64,000 bases of DNA from an uncultured Verrucomicrobiae bacterium. GTDB lineage: Bacteria; Verrucomicrobiota; Verrucomicrobiia; Chthoniobacterales; JAFAMB01. The DNA lies in the NCBI GenBank assembly GCA_963782115.1, contig CAWAIK010000003.1, positions 480,001-544,000 of the forward strand. Reading direction: 5' to 3'. Shown piece by piece: positions 11,038 through 24,109 of this stretch. The translations under genes and the position numbers were made by a program. The notes beneath the pieces are model-generated. The model made no database searches, was not told where the DNA came from, and saw nothing but the letters and a program-made list of their open reading frames with translations. Within the stretch, counting starts at the first letter, position 1. Every line of letters starts with the position of its first letter.

Positions 11038-13657
11038 TTTTCGATCGTTATCCAAAGGATAAGGCGACTCCCTGAAAACGAGCGACTACTATTCCAGGGA
11101 CATAGGTACGTGGTGCGGTAAAGGCGCGGAAATGTTGGGGCTCAAAGGTGAGGTAGAGAGGAAGGATTTCGTTGCGCTGATTAACAATCGGTGGCCGGGA
11201 GCTAACGGAAAACGACTCACCGCACGAATGAACAAGACCCGCCTTGAGGGCGTGAAGGACAAGAAGACAGGGCGGCCGGTAATACATCCAGAGACCGGGG
11301 ACGTGCAGAAGCGTGAAGTATCCAACCGGCGCGTCGGCTACGATTTCACATTCAGCGTACCTAAATCGGTGTCGTTGTATCTGGCTGTCAATGAGGACAA
11401 GGTCTTAGAACAAATGATCGCCGAGGCCTTGGACGAAACCATGGCGACGATCGAGGCCCGGATGGAAACCAAGGTTCGCAAGGGGTACCAGCACGACAAT
11501 CGCGTTAGCCCAAACATGGTCTATGCAAAGTTTGTTCACGGCGAGAGCAGGCCTGTCGATGGGATCCCCGACCCCCATTACCACATTCACGTCTTCGCGA
11601 TAAACGCGACTTTCGATGAGGTCGAGAAAGAATGGAAGGCCTTGGAAGTGGGGAACACGGTGGGCGATCGCACTTACTACGAGGCCCACTTCCACTATTT
11701 ACTAGCGGCAAGGCTCGACGCCTCGGGCTACGGCATCCGTAGAACCGAGCAAAACTTCGAGTTTGCCAGTGTGAGTCGAGAGCTGGTCGAGAAGTTCAGC
11801 CGGCGAACAGAGCTCATCGAGCAGCGGGCCCGGGACAAATATACGGTGCTGGAAGCTGAGGCCAGGGCGCTGATGAAGTCCACCAACATGGCTTTCGATG
11901 ACGCCTTTGCGCACGTGATTGCAGAAATCGGCGGTGATTGGGACAAATGGAAATCCAATTTGGGAGCTCGGAACCGCGAAAGTAAAAGCTCGGCGAAGTA
12001 CAAAGCCCGGCAAGAGTTAGTTGCACATTGGCAGAGTGAGATGACTCCAGAAGAACGGGAGTCATTGCAGCCCGAGCGTGTAAAGAGCGCACCTTCCCAA
12101 AATCTTCTCAGTGCCGGCGCCGCGAAGGAACTGGCGATACAACACCTCTTCGAGCAGGTGTCACTCAAGCGTGAGCTTCACATTGCCGGGATGCTACTTC
12201 GGCGCGGGATTGCGCGGGTGTCAATAGCCGAAGCGCTCACGTGGGTAAAGTCAGATCCGTTGTTCGTGCGGCCAGACCCCGACGGGAAGTTGCTTACTAC
12301 GCGCCAAGTGCGAGACGCGGAGAACAAAATGATTCAGCTTGCGGCAGAGGGCCAAGGCAAACACGAGCCGCTCAATGGAGGAAAAGAGTGGGTGATTCGC
12401 CATCCCCTCGTGGCCGCCAGCGAGGAACAGAGCAAGGCGGTTCGTCACGTTCTTGGCTCAGAGGATTTCATGATCTCTTTCAAGGGACCAGCAGGAGCGG
12501 GAAAAACGGAATTGATGACTGAAGCTGTGACAGCGATCGAAACCTTATCGAGCAAGGGAGTCATGATCTTGGCGCCATCGTCCCCATCTGTAGAAGTGCT
12601 CAGAGCGCAGGGCTTTGAGCGAGCGAATACTTTGCAACAATTCGATCTCAATCCAGAGCTGCAGCAAGCGGTGAAAGGACAAGTCTTGTGGGTGGACAAG
12701 CTGGCTTTCTGTCCGTCCGCCAGATGCTGGAGTTACAGGAGTTCGCGGTTGAGCACAACTGCCGGCTAGTCCTTACAGGCGACACCAAACAACATCATAG
12801 CGTTCAGTGGGGCGATGCTCTTCGGAGCGCCCACCCATGGCGAGTGCCGGGCTATAGCCGGCGCTGTGCGAAAGGCGATGAAAGAGAAGGGTCTATTGTT
12901 AGACTCGGAACATTCCGTTACGCGGCTTCAGCGACTGAACCTGACCGATTCCCAGCAACGTGATGCAGTCACTTACGAGGCAGGGCAGATCGTCGAGTTT
13001 CACAGGATAGCCAAGGGAGCTGTTCGCAGAGGAGTCCAAGAAAAGCGGTTTAAGAGCGGCGAACAGTGGGAAGTCCTTCGCCGGGAGGAGGGAGCTGTCA
13101 TCGTCGGAAAGGACGGCGTTGAGAAGCAGTTGCCACTCGACCAGACACGGAAGTTCAGTGTATTCGAGCGAGAGAAGATCACGCTGGCAATAGGCGACCG
13201 GATCCGATTTACGAAAAACGTCAAACACCGCGGGCACAAGTTCCTCAATAACGAGCTCCGGACCGTGGTCGGCATTGATGAGGGCAAGATCATATTCGAC
13301 AAAGGCGAGATTATTCGCAACGGCGCCAGTCTTCATCTCGACCAGGGAATAGCTGTCACCAGTCACGCCAGCCAGGCGAAGACTGTCGACCAAGTCATTG
13401 CGAGCGTGCCGGTTCGGGCATTCAGCCAGGCGAACGAGGCACAATTTTATGTCTCGATGTCGCGTGCGAGGTGGGCGATGCACGTCTTTACTGATAGCAA
13501 GGTAGCTCTGCGGGATGCCGTCACCCGACCGAGCAAGCGGCTTTCCTCTTGGGAGCTCCTCGAACTGGCCGAGAAGAACAAAGCTTTGAAGGCCGAACTG
13601 GATAGGCAGCGGGCAAAGGAACGGACTCGGCAACAGGAGAAAGCTTATGAGCGATAA
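11038..13657 (+). pseudogene. Second MobF relaxase-helicase, inactivated
   Basis: SDYY, FSVPKSVS, DPHYHIH, GPAGAGKT and TSHASQ motifs; damaged N-terminus (in-frame TAA at 11060), frameshift near 12700, internal deletion near 12825. Confidence 0.9.
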
Positions 13658-13831
13658 TATAATACGGGTGCCGGCACGCTCACTGAAGGAGCAATTTTCA
13701 AGAGGCTCAGAAGCCTGGAAAGAGCAGCCCAGGGATGAATCGGGACTTTTTAAACACCTCCCAGGACTTGAGTCTCGAGGTAGAACGAATCCGGCTTGAA
13801 TATGAATTACGCGACCAGACAGACGCCCGGA

Positions 13832-14098
13832 TTAGGTTAAATTCCGCCGATTCGGCGTTGGAGTATCAGCCTCGTTTGGGCGAGTCTGCCGCACGATGGT
13901 TACTCCGCCGGGCGCGTACTCGATTTTGCCTTCCTGCTGCAAATCCTTTAGGGCCCTGCGAATTGTGGTCCGACTGACATAAAGTTCTTCGGCCAACTTA
14001 CACTCGGTGGGAATCCGGCTGCCCGCTTTGATCCCCCGATCGACGATTAGCCGTTCGATCGCGTGCCTAGCCTGTTCGTGGAGTTTGCGTCTATTCAT
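13832..14098 (-). CDS. GntR-family winged-HTH protein
   Basis: GSRIPTECKLAEELYVSRTTIRRAL..LQQEG. Confidence 0.85.
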   Translation of the reverse strand: MNRRKLHEQARHAIERLIVDRGIKAGSRIPTECKLAEELYVSRTTIRRALKDLQQEGKIEYAPGGVTIVRQTRPNEADTPTPNRRNLT

Positions 14099-14724
14099 CG
14101 GAGCACTTCAAAAAAACGCAGTTTTTAGAGAGTTAGGATATCTTTGTTGGAATCTAAGCGTTTATTCCTTCGCTTGCACTCCACTAATCATTCCTCCAAA
14201 TTGAGGGACGCTTCCAGCTTTTTTCTCCTAGCACAGTGCACGTTGCATTTCTACGCCAGGTCTTGTGCTCACCGGGCAACCTGTCTCAAGGGGGACGGAA
14301 AAGACATCACGGACCTGAATCGATAATCCATTGTGATTCCAATGCGGAGACTTAAGCAAACGCTTTAAAAAGTTAGAGCTCGAGTAAGTCCGAGGACAAT
14401 CATACGAGGTAAAGTGTCATCTCGACCCAGCTCCATTCGTCGGCCTCATAGACATTTGACATTTAGACATTTGCTTTCGCCATTTTTGCCGGCAGCTCTT
14501 ATTCTAATCTCCAGATCTATACTCAGATCCATAGCGATCGGAGAAATCCGCATTTTCTAGCAAAGATCCGGGCACTGCGAGGAATTTAGTTATGTGGTGA
14601 TGGGGACCGGCCTTAGGCCGGCGGGCTGCCCATAGGCGGCCGCACCCGCCGTTTGCAGGGCTGCGTCGGCGCTCGAGGTGCGTCCCCGCAGAGCTCTATA
14701 CTCCGTTGCTACATCGATAGCTTG

Positions 14725-14826
14725 GGCTAGATCGATGGCGTCATAACCGAATTTGGCCACTCTCGAGACGCTTTTTTCAACATCTTGACCGAAGTAGATC
14801 AACGAGTCGTAGCTGTACTTGAACAT
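14725..14826 (-). pseudogene. N-terminal fragment of sugar-phosphate isomerase/epimerase (TIM barrel)
   Basis: VEKSVSRVAKFGYDAIDL, followed by unrelated sequence. Confidence 0.5.
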
Positions 14827-15234
14827 AAAGAATACAGTCTTTGAAGCGCTTTAGTTCTGCCTCGTCGATCCAAGAGAAGACAACGTACCCCTAACGAAAA
14901 GACCGGAACAAGACCAGCTCTCGGCGAGGAAGAAACAGACTACCGTATCACAATATAACTAAGGATTGTCCCTACGCAATCGGGGAAAAACCCTACCAGC
15001 GGGTAGCACTGAGTGCTAACCGGAGACCCGGCCCGGAACGTGCCTCCGATCCAAGTACCGATCCTGGAGGGTTTAGGCCTGAGCTTCGGACGAACAATTG
15101 TGTTCCCGGAAACACGGGAACGTTTAGTTTAGCTGAGCAAATGATCGGGAATCGTGACTTGGCACGCTAGCGGGACTAACTGATTCAAAGGAGGACAATT
15201 GACAGTGCTGTAACACCACACCGCATAATGCTCT

Positions 15235-15384
15235 CACCTTGATCACCACCATTGCCTCGAAATGCTCGTAGTGCGCGGGAAGGCCTCGGTTGTAAAGAGT
15301 GTTGCCGAGCATCTGATCGCGGTCAGGGGCGTAAACCACGGGAAGCTGATGCTGACGAGCACCGGTGAGGACCTGCCGGAGTAA
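15235..15384 (+). pseudogene. nikR: NikR C-terminal fragment (absent from ORF track)
   Basis: [49 protein letters not shown]. Confidence 0.8.
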
Positions 15385-15506
15385 AGACTTTGTCGATCTG
15401 GGTAAGATCTTGCGTGCCAACATGACCGCCTCCTCAAAAGCTCGCGCTGCAAAGAAAGCTCGAGCGACATTAATCGACGAATGGACGCTGTCGCAGAAAG
15501 CGAGCG

Positions 15507-17180
15507 TCAGGTTGTTTTTTGGAACCGACTGAAGCTAAGTGGAGTCGATAGCCGGTTGGCCGGAAGGTAGTGACCCACAACCGGATCTTCGTCGCCCGCG
15601 TGCATCGCCCACACTCGTTCGACAAGCTCGGTTTCGGCTTTCGTCAGGCGTTCAAACTGCCTTAGATGCTCCGCCCAAGAGCTTACGAGCATCTCTGTTC
15701 GGAAAGTGCTGGGATGTTCGAGGTTTTCGCCGACGCGGAAAAGAAAAGCGCCGTTGCGCAAAAAAATCAATTGATACTGTTTGACCAACGCAAGGAATTC
15801 TTCCCGATCTTCCGGACGGATGATTAGGTCCCGCGTGATCGTGACGGGTCCGTCGTCCGGTTCTGGTGTCAACGAAAACTCGTGCGTGGAACCGATCATC
15901 AACGACGTGGTCTTTGACGGCGCCGGATCAAGGTTGAGCGAGCTTGCGAAGTTTATTGAGAGCGGGATCGCCAAGGTAAGACTGGCCGTCAGGAGCAGGG
16001 CGCCGCCCACCAGCGTTGGACCGAGGCCCACGGACGTCGCGGTCCCACCCCAAAGGACGGCGCCGAGCGCCACCCCGCCTTGTGAGGCCATCAGGTTAAC
16101 AGCGTTCATCCGTCCTCGGGCCCAATTAGGCATTGCCCGTTGTCCGGCGATCCAGAGTTCGGAGGCCTTCACCGTCCAACTGATGCCGGCCAAGGCGGTA
16201 ACGGGCAAAAACATCCAGAGGTTTGGAACGATGGACATCAAGACAAGAACCACGACCAGCATGACGCCGGCCAAAATCATTAGCGTGTTTGGGCTGGCTT
16301 TGGCGCGAGCGTAAGGAAGAATCAAGGTGGCGCCCAGGAGCGATCCGATTCCCATGCTTGTAAACACCAGCCCGAGCTGGCTTGCCTGGAGCCGCAAATG
16401 CTGCAAGGCCACGACCGGCACCAGGGCGGGGACCGCCGCAATGAAAAGACTGCATACAAAATTCCGTGTCAGGATGACTTGCATTCCCGGCGTGTACCGC
16501 ACGTAACGTACTAGTTGGCAAACGACTCTATAAAGTTTTCCAGATGAGGCTCAGGTCGCCGCCGGCGACGGTAACGTTGCGAAATCACCCACGCCATGGT
16601 CAGAAAAGCCAGGGCGTTTAAAGAAAAGAGCATCGCCGGGCCCAGGATTGGTAAAAGAAGGCCTCCTAAGGCCGGACCCAGGATTCCGCCCAGGTTCATC
16701 TGCACCCCGCCCAGGGTGATGGCGGACGCGAGTTCTTCTTTTTGGACAATCTCGGGAACGATAGACCCCCAGACCGGGGCGTTAAACGCGAAGCCGATTC
16801 CCAGCAAAAAGACCGTGGTTAGGATGACGTACGGCTGAACCCAATGCAGCCAAGTACAAACCGCAAGCAGCCCAGCTGCGGCGGCTAACCAGAGGTAGAC
16901 CCCAAAAAGAAGGTTCTTTCGGTCGCTCAAGTCGGCGAGGGCGCCGGCCGGCAAGGTAAAAACAAAGAACGGAAGCGAAGCGGCGGTGGCAATCAGCGAG
17001 AGCAGCAACGGTGAAGCGCCCAATGCATTCAATAGCCACGTGGCCGCCGTGTCGTGGGCAGACACGCAGACGCCAGAAACCACGCTGGGTAACCACAGTC
17101 CAACAAAGGCCGGGTTTCTGAGCGCCAACCAGATTGAGCGCCAACCAGATGGAGGTATTTTGTTTTGGTTCGCTAGCCAT
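15507..17180 (-). pseudogene. MFS transporter (DUF894/MFS_3 type), frameshifted twice
   Basis: Hydrophobic MFS with C-terminal DGPV..SWAEHLRQ domain; 16-bp tandem duplication at 17119-17150; frameshift near 16511. Confidence 0.85.
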
Positions 17181-17589
17181 GTGCAACAGTTAAGTTGACC
17201 CGTCTTCCTCCTTCAAGAGAAGGAGGGGAAATTCGTTCGAGCGGGTGCGGCGAAAGCTCAGCTTTCCGGTCACTAGGAAGAATGGGCTCGGACCACTAAG
17301 ATTGATTCATGCATCAGGACACCGGACCCCGACTTTTTGACGCTCTCCACAGTGCGAAAACATCCCTCACCTAGCCGCAAACGTAAGTTATTTTAATGCA
17401 TTTTGGCGAAAGACTGCATTGAAATTGCTTCTTTGTCTGCCCAGCGACTATTTTGGATTTTTATTTTTTGGCGGTTCGCGGTCGATTTCCCGTTCCTCGA
17501 TCCTGTGTTCTAGCCGCAACATTGAAAGCCTGAGCCGGCTTTCGTAAAGGACATATGACTGACCAAAATATTACGACCAAAAATGGCTG

Positions 17590-17710
17590 GCGCTGGGCCG
17601 AATGGAACGGGCCGTACCGCGACGATATTCGGCGCTTTGTGAAAGGCGATCCCGGCATTGTGGGCGCGGTAGCATCGCGCATCGCCGGGAGCGCCGACAT
17701 CTATCAACGC
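17590..17710 (+). pseudogene. glgX: Glycogen debranching enzyme internal fragment
   Basis: [22 protein letters not shown]...RIAGSADIY. Confidence 0.75.
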
Positions 17711-18898
17711 AGCGGCGGTTTAGCCTCAGGCAGCGCCTGGCCGAAACGCGGTAACCCCTCCATTGCGCTGCGAATATTATTCAATTCATCGCATACCGTG
17801 CGTATGGCGGCGAAATGTCCGGCAAAAGCAATTGCGGTTTGGAGCGGTGCAGATGCTGAAACACCGTGGTCCCGAATCTCATTCACCTTCTCCTGAAGAG
17901 CAGCAAATGCTTCATTCAGGTGACTGGAGCGCAATTTTTCGCCTGGAGAACGGGCAGTGGTCAAAATGTTGAACTCGTCGGAGATTGCGGCCAACAGCGA
18001 TTCCGTTTCCTGCCGCATGTGATCGAGGAACCATGGCTCTACTCGATGCCGGCTTAGATAGAGTCCCGCGTGAAACAGGTTGATCAGGGAAACCAGGAAC
18101 GCGTTGTAGTTTGAGAGGCGGGCGCTAAAGAAGGTGCTTTCTCGCGCTCCGGCTTGCAGCAGATTTCTTAGAACGGATAATTGCTGGTCGAAAGTATAGT
18201 GAATCTTTTCTGTCTCGCTGGGAGCATTCGCCGGGTCGATGGAGGCTTGCACGTGCGCCGACACGAGTTGGTTAACCGTTTTCAGTGCAGCACGCCCTGC
18301 TTCGAGAAACTCTTCCCGCGCGTAACGGGGCCAAAGCACGCTTGTTACCAGAAGCGAGCTCATAATTCCGAGCAAAATCTCCTCCGATCGATCGAGGCCG
18401 ATCTGCCATGCTTGTGCTGGATCCGTGACCCCATCGGTAGCGACCGTAAGTGTGGTGAGGCCGAGCAAAAAATAGGCATAGGGAACCTGGCGTGCACCGA
18501 CTTGGCCAAACTGGTAGCTGGCAAGAGCGATGACCCAGGAAAAGGACGGGCAGAAAGATCGCTGGCGTAGAAGTATAGTCGCCGACCAACCAGATGCCAA
18601 CGAGGGCTCCTGCGATCGTTCCGATCACTCGCATGATCGCTTTTACGGTGATGGAACCCACGAACTGTGCGCTCATCAACACGAGAACACTAAGTATCGC
18701 CCAGTTGTCATGCGGCAATCGCAAGACCTGAGTGCAAAACAAAGCCAGCAAACCCGCTAGACCCATTTTGATCCCATAGCGTATCCTTAAGTCGCCAAAG
18801 GGATCCTGGGGCGTCCAATGCCACTTGGTCACAACGGGAACGGCTTCTGTTCGAGCAACCATACGCGGCTTGAGCGGTGTACCGGGCCCGCTTTCCAA
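17704..18898 (-). pseudogene. FUSC-family membrane protein, frameshifted and C-terminally truncated
   Basis: YGIKMGLAGLLAL, RVIGTIAGA and RSEEILLGI..LWP; frameshift near 18540. Confidence 0.75.
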
Positions 18899-19064
18899 TT
18901 CACATTAACGTAAAAGCTTCAAAAGGTAACGGAGCCCACAGGACAGCTCCAGCTCGCGCAAAACACTCCTCATCCATCACTGGAGAGCTATCCAACCTTA
19001 AAATCCACTACGACTTTGAGGTCACCTAAATCTTGAAATTAAAATCCTTGGTCGTTACAGTTTG

Positions 19065-19616
19065 TCACAGAAGCGGCATTTGGTTGTTGGCACCCAGGTC
19101 GCCCAGGCCGAGGATGCGGCCGGCGTTGGTCACGCAGATGAACCGCACGTCTTTGACCGGCCAGTTGCGCAGTACCTCCCTGACGTGCCCCTTTCGGGTG
19201 ATCGACAGATACATCCCGTGCGGACGGCGGAAGATGTGGTCGAACTTCAGGCAAGCCTCGCCGATCGTCGGGTCGTACACGATCTCGAGGAAGCGCGCTG
19301 GGTCCGACATCAGGGTGCGATAGAACAGCGTCTCATTTGTATCGAGCAGATTCATCAGGTAGATGAACCGGTCGAGATCGGTGGCCTTGTGCTTGAGCTG
19401 CAGCAAGACACGACTCAACTGAGTCTCAATCGACTCCGTCACTTCGGGAACCAGCCCGACCAAGCCGAGCGCTTGCCGCTCAGCCTCCGTAAGCCCGGTG
19501 GACTTGTTGATGCTGGGATCGCGCAGAACGTCGATTCCGCGTTTGCTGTTGCCAGTACTGGGATTGGACATTGGTTTCTCCTTTGCTGTTTTAATGTTGG
19601 ACATTGGTTTCTCCAC
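19065..19616 (-). pseudogene. NAD-dependent malic enzyme, N-terminal fragment
   Basis: NKSTGLTEAER, IVYDPTIGEAC and GRILGLGDLGAN, then truncated. Confidence 0.85.
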
Positions 19617-19820
19617 TCTGGCGTCGGTGTTTGAGTCCAGAGCTTGACCATCTACGCGGGATCGACGAAGAATTCGGACTCGCGCAGTTTATCGGTAAGC
19701 TTGATGTTCTCCGAGCGGTCAACTGGACATGCGATGATTGAGACCGTGTTGCCGCCAGCGCTCTTCGAAAGGTCCGGAACAGAACGACTGAAATGTGCAG
19801 TTGAGTATGCCTCGCAGCTC

Positions 19821-21012
19821 TCACGCACCCACGTTCTCGGCTACGTAGGGCTTGACCATCTTCGCGGGATCGACGACACGATCGAACTCACCTTCCGTCA
19901 CGAAGCCGAGTTTCAGTGCGGCATCCTTCAGTGTGAGGTCGTTGTCCATCGCGTAGTGGGCAATCTTTGACGCTTTGTCGTAGCCAATGACCGGCGAGAG
20001 CGCCGTCACGAGCATCAGGGAGCGATCCACATACTCCTTGATCTTCTTTACATTTGGTTTGGTGCCCTCGACCAGGAACTTACCGAAGTTCGTACAACCG
20101 TCCGTGATGATCGTGATGGAGTGGGTGATGTTAAAAATGATCAACGGCTTGTAAACGTTCATCTCGAGATAACCACCGGCGCCGCCGAAACCCACCGCCA
20201 CATCGTTCGCCATCACCTGCACGGCGATCATCGTCAGCGCCTCGGCTTGCGTCGGGTTCACCTTGCCCGGCATGATTGAGGAGCCCGGCTCGTTCTCAGG
20301 GATTAGTAGCTCGGCGAAGCCAGCCCGCGGGCCGCAAGACATCAGCCGGATATCGTTGCCGATCTTGTAGAGCGACACGGCCAGCGTGCGCAACGTGCCG
20401 GAGAGCTGGACCAGAGCGTCGTGGGCGCCCTGCACCGTGAACTTGTTCGGTGCACTGACGAACGGCAAACCCGTGAGCTTGGCGATCTCGGCCGCGGCCG
20501 CCTCGGCAAAGCCGGGCGCCGAGTTGATCCCGGTGCCCACGGCGGTGCCCCCGAGCGCCAGCCGATAGACTCCTTCTAGCGCATCTTCGATTCGCTCGAG
20601 ATTGTCCGCCAGCATGCCCGTATATCCCGACCATTCCTGCCCGAGCGTAAGTGGTGTCGCATCCTGCATATGGGTCCGGCCAATTTTGATGATGTCTTTC
20701 CACTGCTCAGCCTTTGCCTCGATCTGGTCGTGCAGCGCCTTTACCGCCGGAATCAACCGTTGCTTCACATTGACCGCTGCCGCGACGTACATGGCAGAGG
20801 CAAATGAGTCGTTGGACGACTGGGCCATGTTGACGTGATCGTTGGGATGAACCGGCTTTTTGCTTGCCAGGGGCGTACCGGCAAGCTGACAGCAGCGGTT
20901 GGAGATCACCTCATTGACGTTCATGTTAAACTGTGTGCCGCTGCCTGTCATCCACACATGCAGAGGAAACATGTCGGGATGCTGGCCGGCGAGGATCTCG
21001 TCGCAAACCTGA
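19821..21012 (-). pseudogene. fumC: Class II fumarate hydratase lacking its N-terminus
   Basis: [25 protein letters not shown] and HPNDHVN motifs; begins abruptly at QVCDEILAG. Confidence 0.92.
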
Positions 21013-21672
21013 TAGGGCGCGTTGTTCGTCTTCGAGCTTGGCGCGAACGGCTTTACATGCCTTGACCAGTTTGTCGAACGGATCTAGTCCGAATGGTCGG
21101 AACGCGACATTGGTCTTCTCGGTGAGATACACGGCGGCGCACTGGGAGTCGAAGACGCTCACACGGGAAATGAAATCATCTTCCGTGTTTCCGGCCCATT
21201 CGCGCGAACTAGGTTCGGCACCGACTTTATATTGGATCGCGACCACGGGTGCCAACGGCGCAACCTCCGAAACGACATTTCCCAGAATTTTCTCCCGGCC
21301 GCGCGCGCTGCAGGCACTCTTGAGGATACGGATATACCCAGTCTTACCAGCGGCGTTGTCGCCGTAGACCACTGTCAGATTGGGTCCGAACTTGAGTGTT
21401 TGACCTTCCGCGAGTGCGTTGACTCCTCGGTGATGAAAGATCGAAACGAGCGACACAGGCGCAGCCCCGGCGGTCTTGTCGGGCACGTGATCCTCGGTGA
21501 GCGGATCGACTACCTGCTGGTCGACCAATCCGTACGCGCTCTTGCAGATATCTGTAAGAGCCAGTATATCGCTTTCCGAGAGCTCGCCGTTTGACACAAG
21601 GCGGCGCAGCGCATCGCGCTGCCAGGCCGGCCGGTCTTTTGACCATTCGAGTATTTGTTGCAGGACCGTCAT
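21012..21672 (-). pseudogene. SMC/ABC-type AAA ATPase, N-terminal fragment joined to the fumC remnant
   Basis: LTVVYGDNAAGKTGY Walker A; VSVFDS. Confidence 0.75.
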
Positions 21673-22371
21673 TCTAGTTTCGATGATTCGCGTCCGTTAG
21701 ACCCTTATATCAATTCACATGGAAAACACACGCAGGGTTTTTCCACAGGATAAATTTCCAGGCCATATCGCCCTGCAGCAGCCTGTCGAAATCTGAAATC
21801 GGAGGCACCCCTTGTTCATAGCGGCCACACGCAGCTCGTTCTTGACGTCGACAGTTGTGAACTTAATTACTTCAATCAGACCGACCAGAGCTTTCTAAAG
21901 CGAATAGTCGACTCGATCTCCAGGGAGAATTTCAGCAGAGCGAATAAGAAGCTTCCTTAAGTCTCTTGTTGCTTTCCGTCACCGTCCTTGAAAATGGAAC
22001 TTGATGCGGCCGAATCAAATCTTTCGGAGATCCTGATCACCAGGAATTAGCCTGAGCCCGCAATCTTCAATGCCACAGTGCCCCTGGGTGAGTCGATCTG
22101 TAAGGGGCGTGCCAGCCGTTATCGATCCCAGAGCAGGCCGAGCGGAATCGCCGCGCCGCAAATGAATGGTGCGCGCTCAAACCGCGTTATACTGGGATTC
22201 TTCAGATCCCCATGGAAAGGCAGACGATGATCAAAACACATGGAATATTTGTAGGTAGACCGACGACAAAAAACTACTGTTTTGATTCCACTCGTTTCCA
22301 CAGATCGCTACCCTGATGGAAATTCCCCAGGGAACACCATGGAAAATAGCGGAAAATAGAACCCTGAAACC

Positions 22372-22393
22372 GGGTTCAAGCCCCCCCCGAGCA
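22372..22393 (+). other. att remnant: tRNA-Leu-like 3' fragment
   Basis: GGGTTCAAGCCCCCCCCGAGCA; flanks homologous to 32664-32778. Confidence 0.55.
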
Positions 22394-23242
22394 CGTGGCT
22401 TAAATCTATTCCAGTTCTAAGTGGCTTATACTTAGACACTTATGACAATACATCTTTTTACGTAAAAAACGTAATACATTAATTTTTTCCATTTTTTTGG
22501 TCGTCACAACGACGAAAAGTCACAACCGAGTAAAAAGTTGTCATAGTCAGCGTGGACCTTTTTCCCCTTTTTGCGCATCGCCATTGGTAGATTGGAAGGT
22601 TTGATAAGCGTTCGATCGGACTTGATGGAGTGCAGGTCGCTGCGAATTGCACTGGAGGGATGACAAAGTCTGCAGCATTCTTTTTCGACCCACTTCCCGC
22701 CGATTAGCTGCGCTCTACGCGGACCTACAGTTGAAGAAGGCTCGCTCGTCGCCGCGTCTCCTCAGAGCGCTTGCCTCAGGGGGGAACAGAACTCTGCGCT
22801 TGGTGACCTGCAGGTCATCTGACCCGCTCCGCTTGTCGTCCTCAGGCCGGACAGGCCGACAATCCCCATTTGAGAGCGGCCGCTCGCCTTCCTGCTGGCT
22901 TCGCCCGAGTTGCGATAAACGCGCTTTCGATCACATGTCCACATACGTCGGCTCAAAAATGACGCTTCAAGATGCTTAGGAAGCTAAACCAGCACACAAG
23001 TGACTCTAGATCACTTTGTCATGGTTCAAATCCATGCGAGGCCGAATATACTGATGCTCAATGGCTTACGAGGGACAAAGAGGTGTCACTAATGGCTGCC
23101 CTTTTGAAATAGTCACAGCACGATCACGGCAAAATTTCAGGAGAGAGCTTTTTCACGATGTGCCTAGGTTACTGGCGAAGTTCATAAGTTCCTCCTGCAT
23201 CTCCTCTGTTGCCTTCTCGTACCATTCGATTGATCTCTATCG

Positions 23243-23827
23243 ATGCCCTGGTGGAAGCTTCTTACGTTCCTTAGTTTGTTCCTGAACCTTGTGGGAGTGT
23301 GGCTCTTTTTTTCTACGTCCTACCTCGACGCATCAGAACAGGTGGTACACTTGGCTTTTGGCAAAGTTCCGACCCAGATCAAAAACCCCATTCGATTGGA
23401 AAGACTTTGGGACACTCTAAGCACAATTGGACTAGCCTGCGTCATCATTGGAATTCTCCTCCAGGCTGCAATTGTCTGGAATCATAGCCAGGGCAACAAA
23501 AACCCTGGCAGAATCTCGTCACACAGGACCATCGCTGTTCGATTTAAAAACAGGATCAAAAACTCTGCTGATGTGTCAACGGCATTCGCAAAATTGCCTT
23601 GCCTAACGCATATGAAACCAAATAGAGAAAAAATAGAAACTGAAGACCTGGTAAAGGAAAGACTGCCTCTTACTAAATGGGAGCTAACTCCAAAAGAAAA
23701 AGAGGATTTTGATAGGGTTATGCGGCTCATTTTTGATGCCGCTAGCATTCTGCGCTACGATCTAGAATTAGGAGAAGATGCTATCGGGAAAACCCTTAAA
23801 GAGTTAGCCGATTGGGCAACAAATTGA
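23243..23827 (+). CDS. Hypothetical protein with two N-terminal TM segments (possibly a fusion of fragments)
   Basis: ORF with hydrophobic segments only. Confidence 0.4.
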   Translation: MPWWKLLTFLSLFLNLVGVWLFFSTSYLDASEQVVHLAFGKVPTQIKNPIRLERLWDTLSTIGLACVIIGILLQAAIVWNHSQGNKNPGRISSHRTIAVRFKNRIKNSADVSTAFAKLPCLTHMKPNREKIETEDLVKERLPLTKWELTPKEKEDFDRVMRLIFDAASILRYDLELGEDAIGKTLKELADWATN

Positions 23828-23857
23828 CTAACACCGGCGCTCTGCCGTCGGCATGTT

Positions 23858-24064
23858 GTGTCCGATGGGATCAACCTAATGGTTGGGACCGGCGTTGCCG
23901 GCGGGTTGTCGACGTTTTCGAGTTTTGCTTACGGGACGGTCGTGTTAATGTCAGGTTCGGCGGCAAGCGTAGTAGTTGCCTCCGCCTACGTCTTAAGCAG
24001 CTTGTTCCTAGGCTACGTCGCCGTAGTTTGCGGCCAACAGGTTGCGAGGCGATCGTTCCGTTGA
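23858..24064 (+). pseudogene. crcB: Fluoride channel Fluc, C-terminal fragment
   Basis: GTGVAGGLSTFSSFAY signature. Confidence 0.75.
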
Positions 24065-24109
24065 GTCGGATTGTCGGATCACAGGGTTGCAGGTTCGAGG
24101 CCTGGTCTT

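Noticed and set aside
21700..22979. Degenerate ORFs around the first tRNA-Leu-like site
   Set aside because: They contain multiple stops and no family could be assigned by eye.
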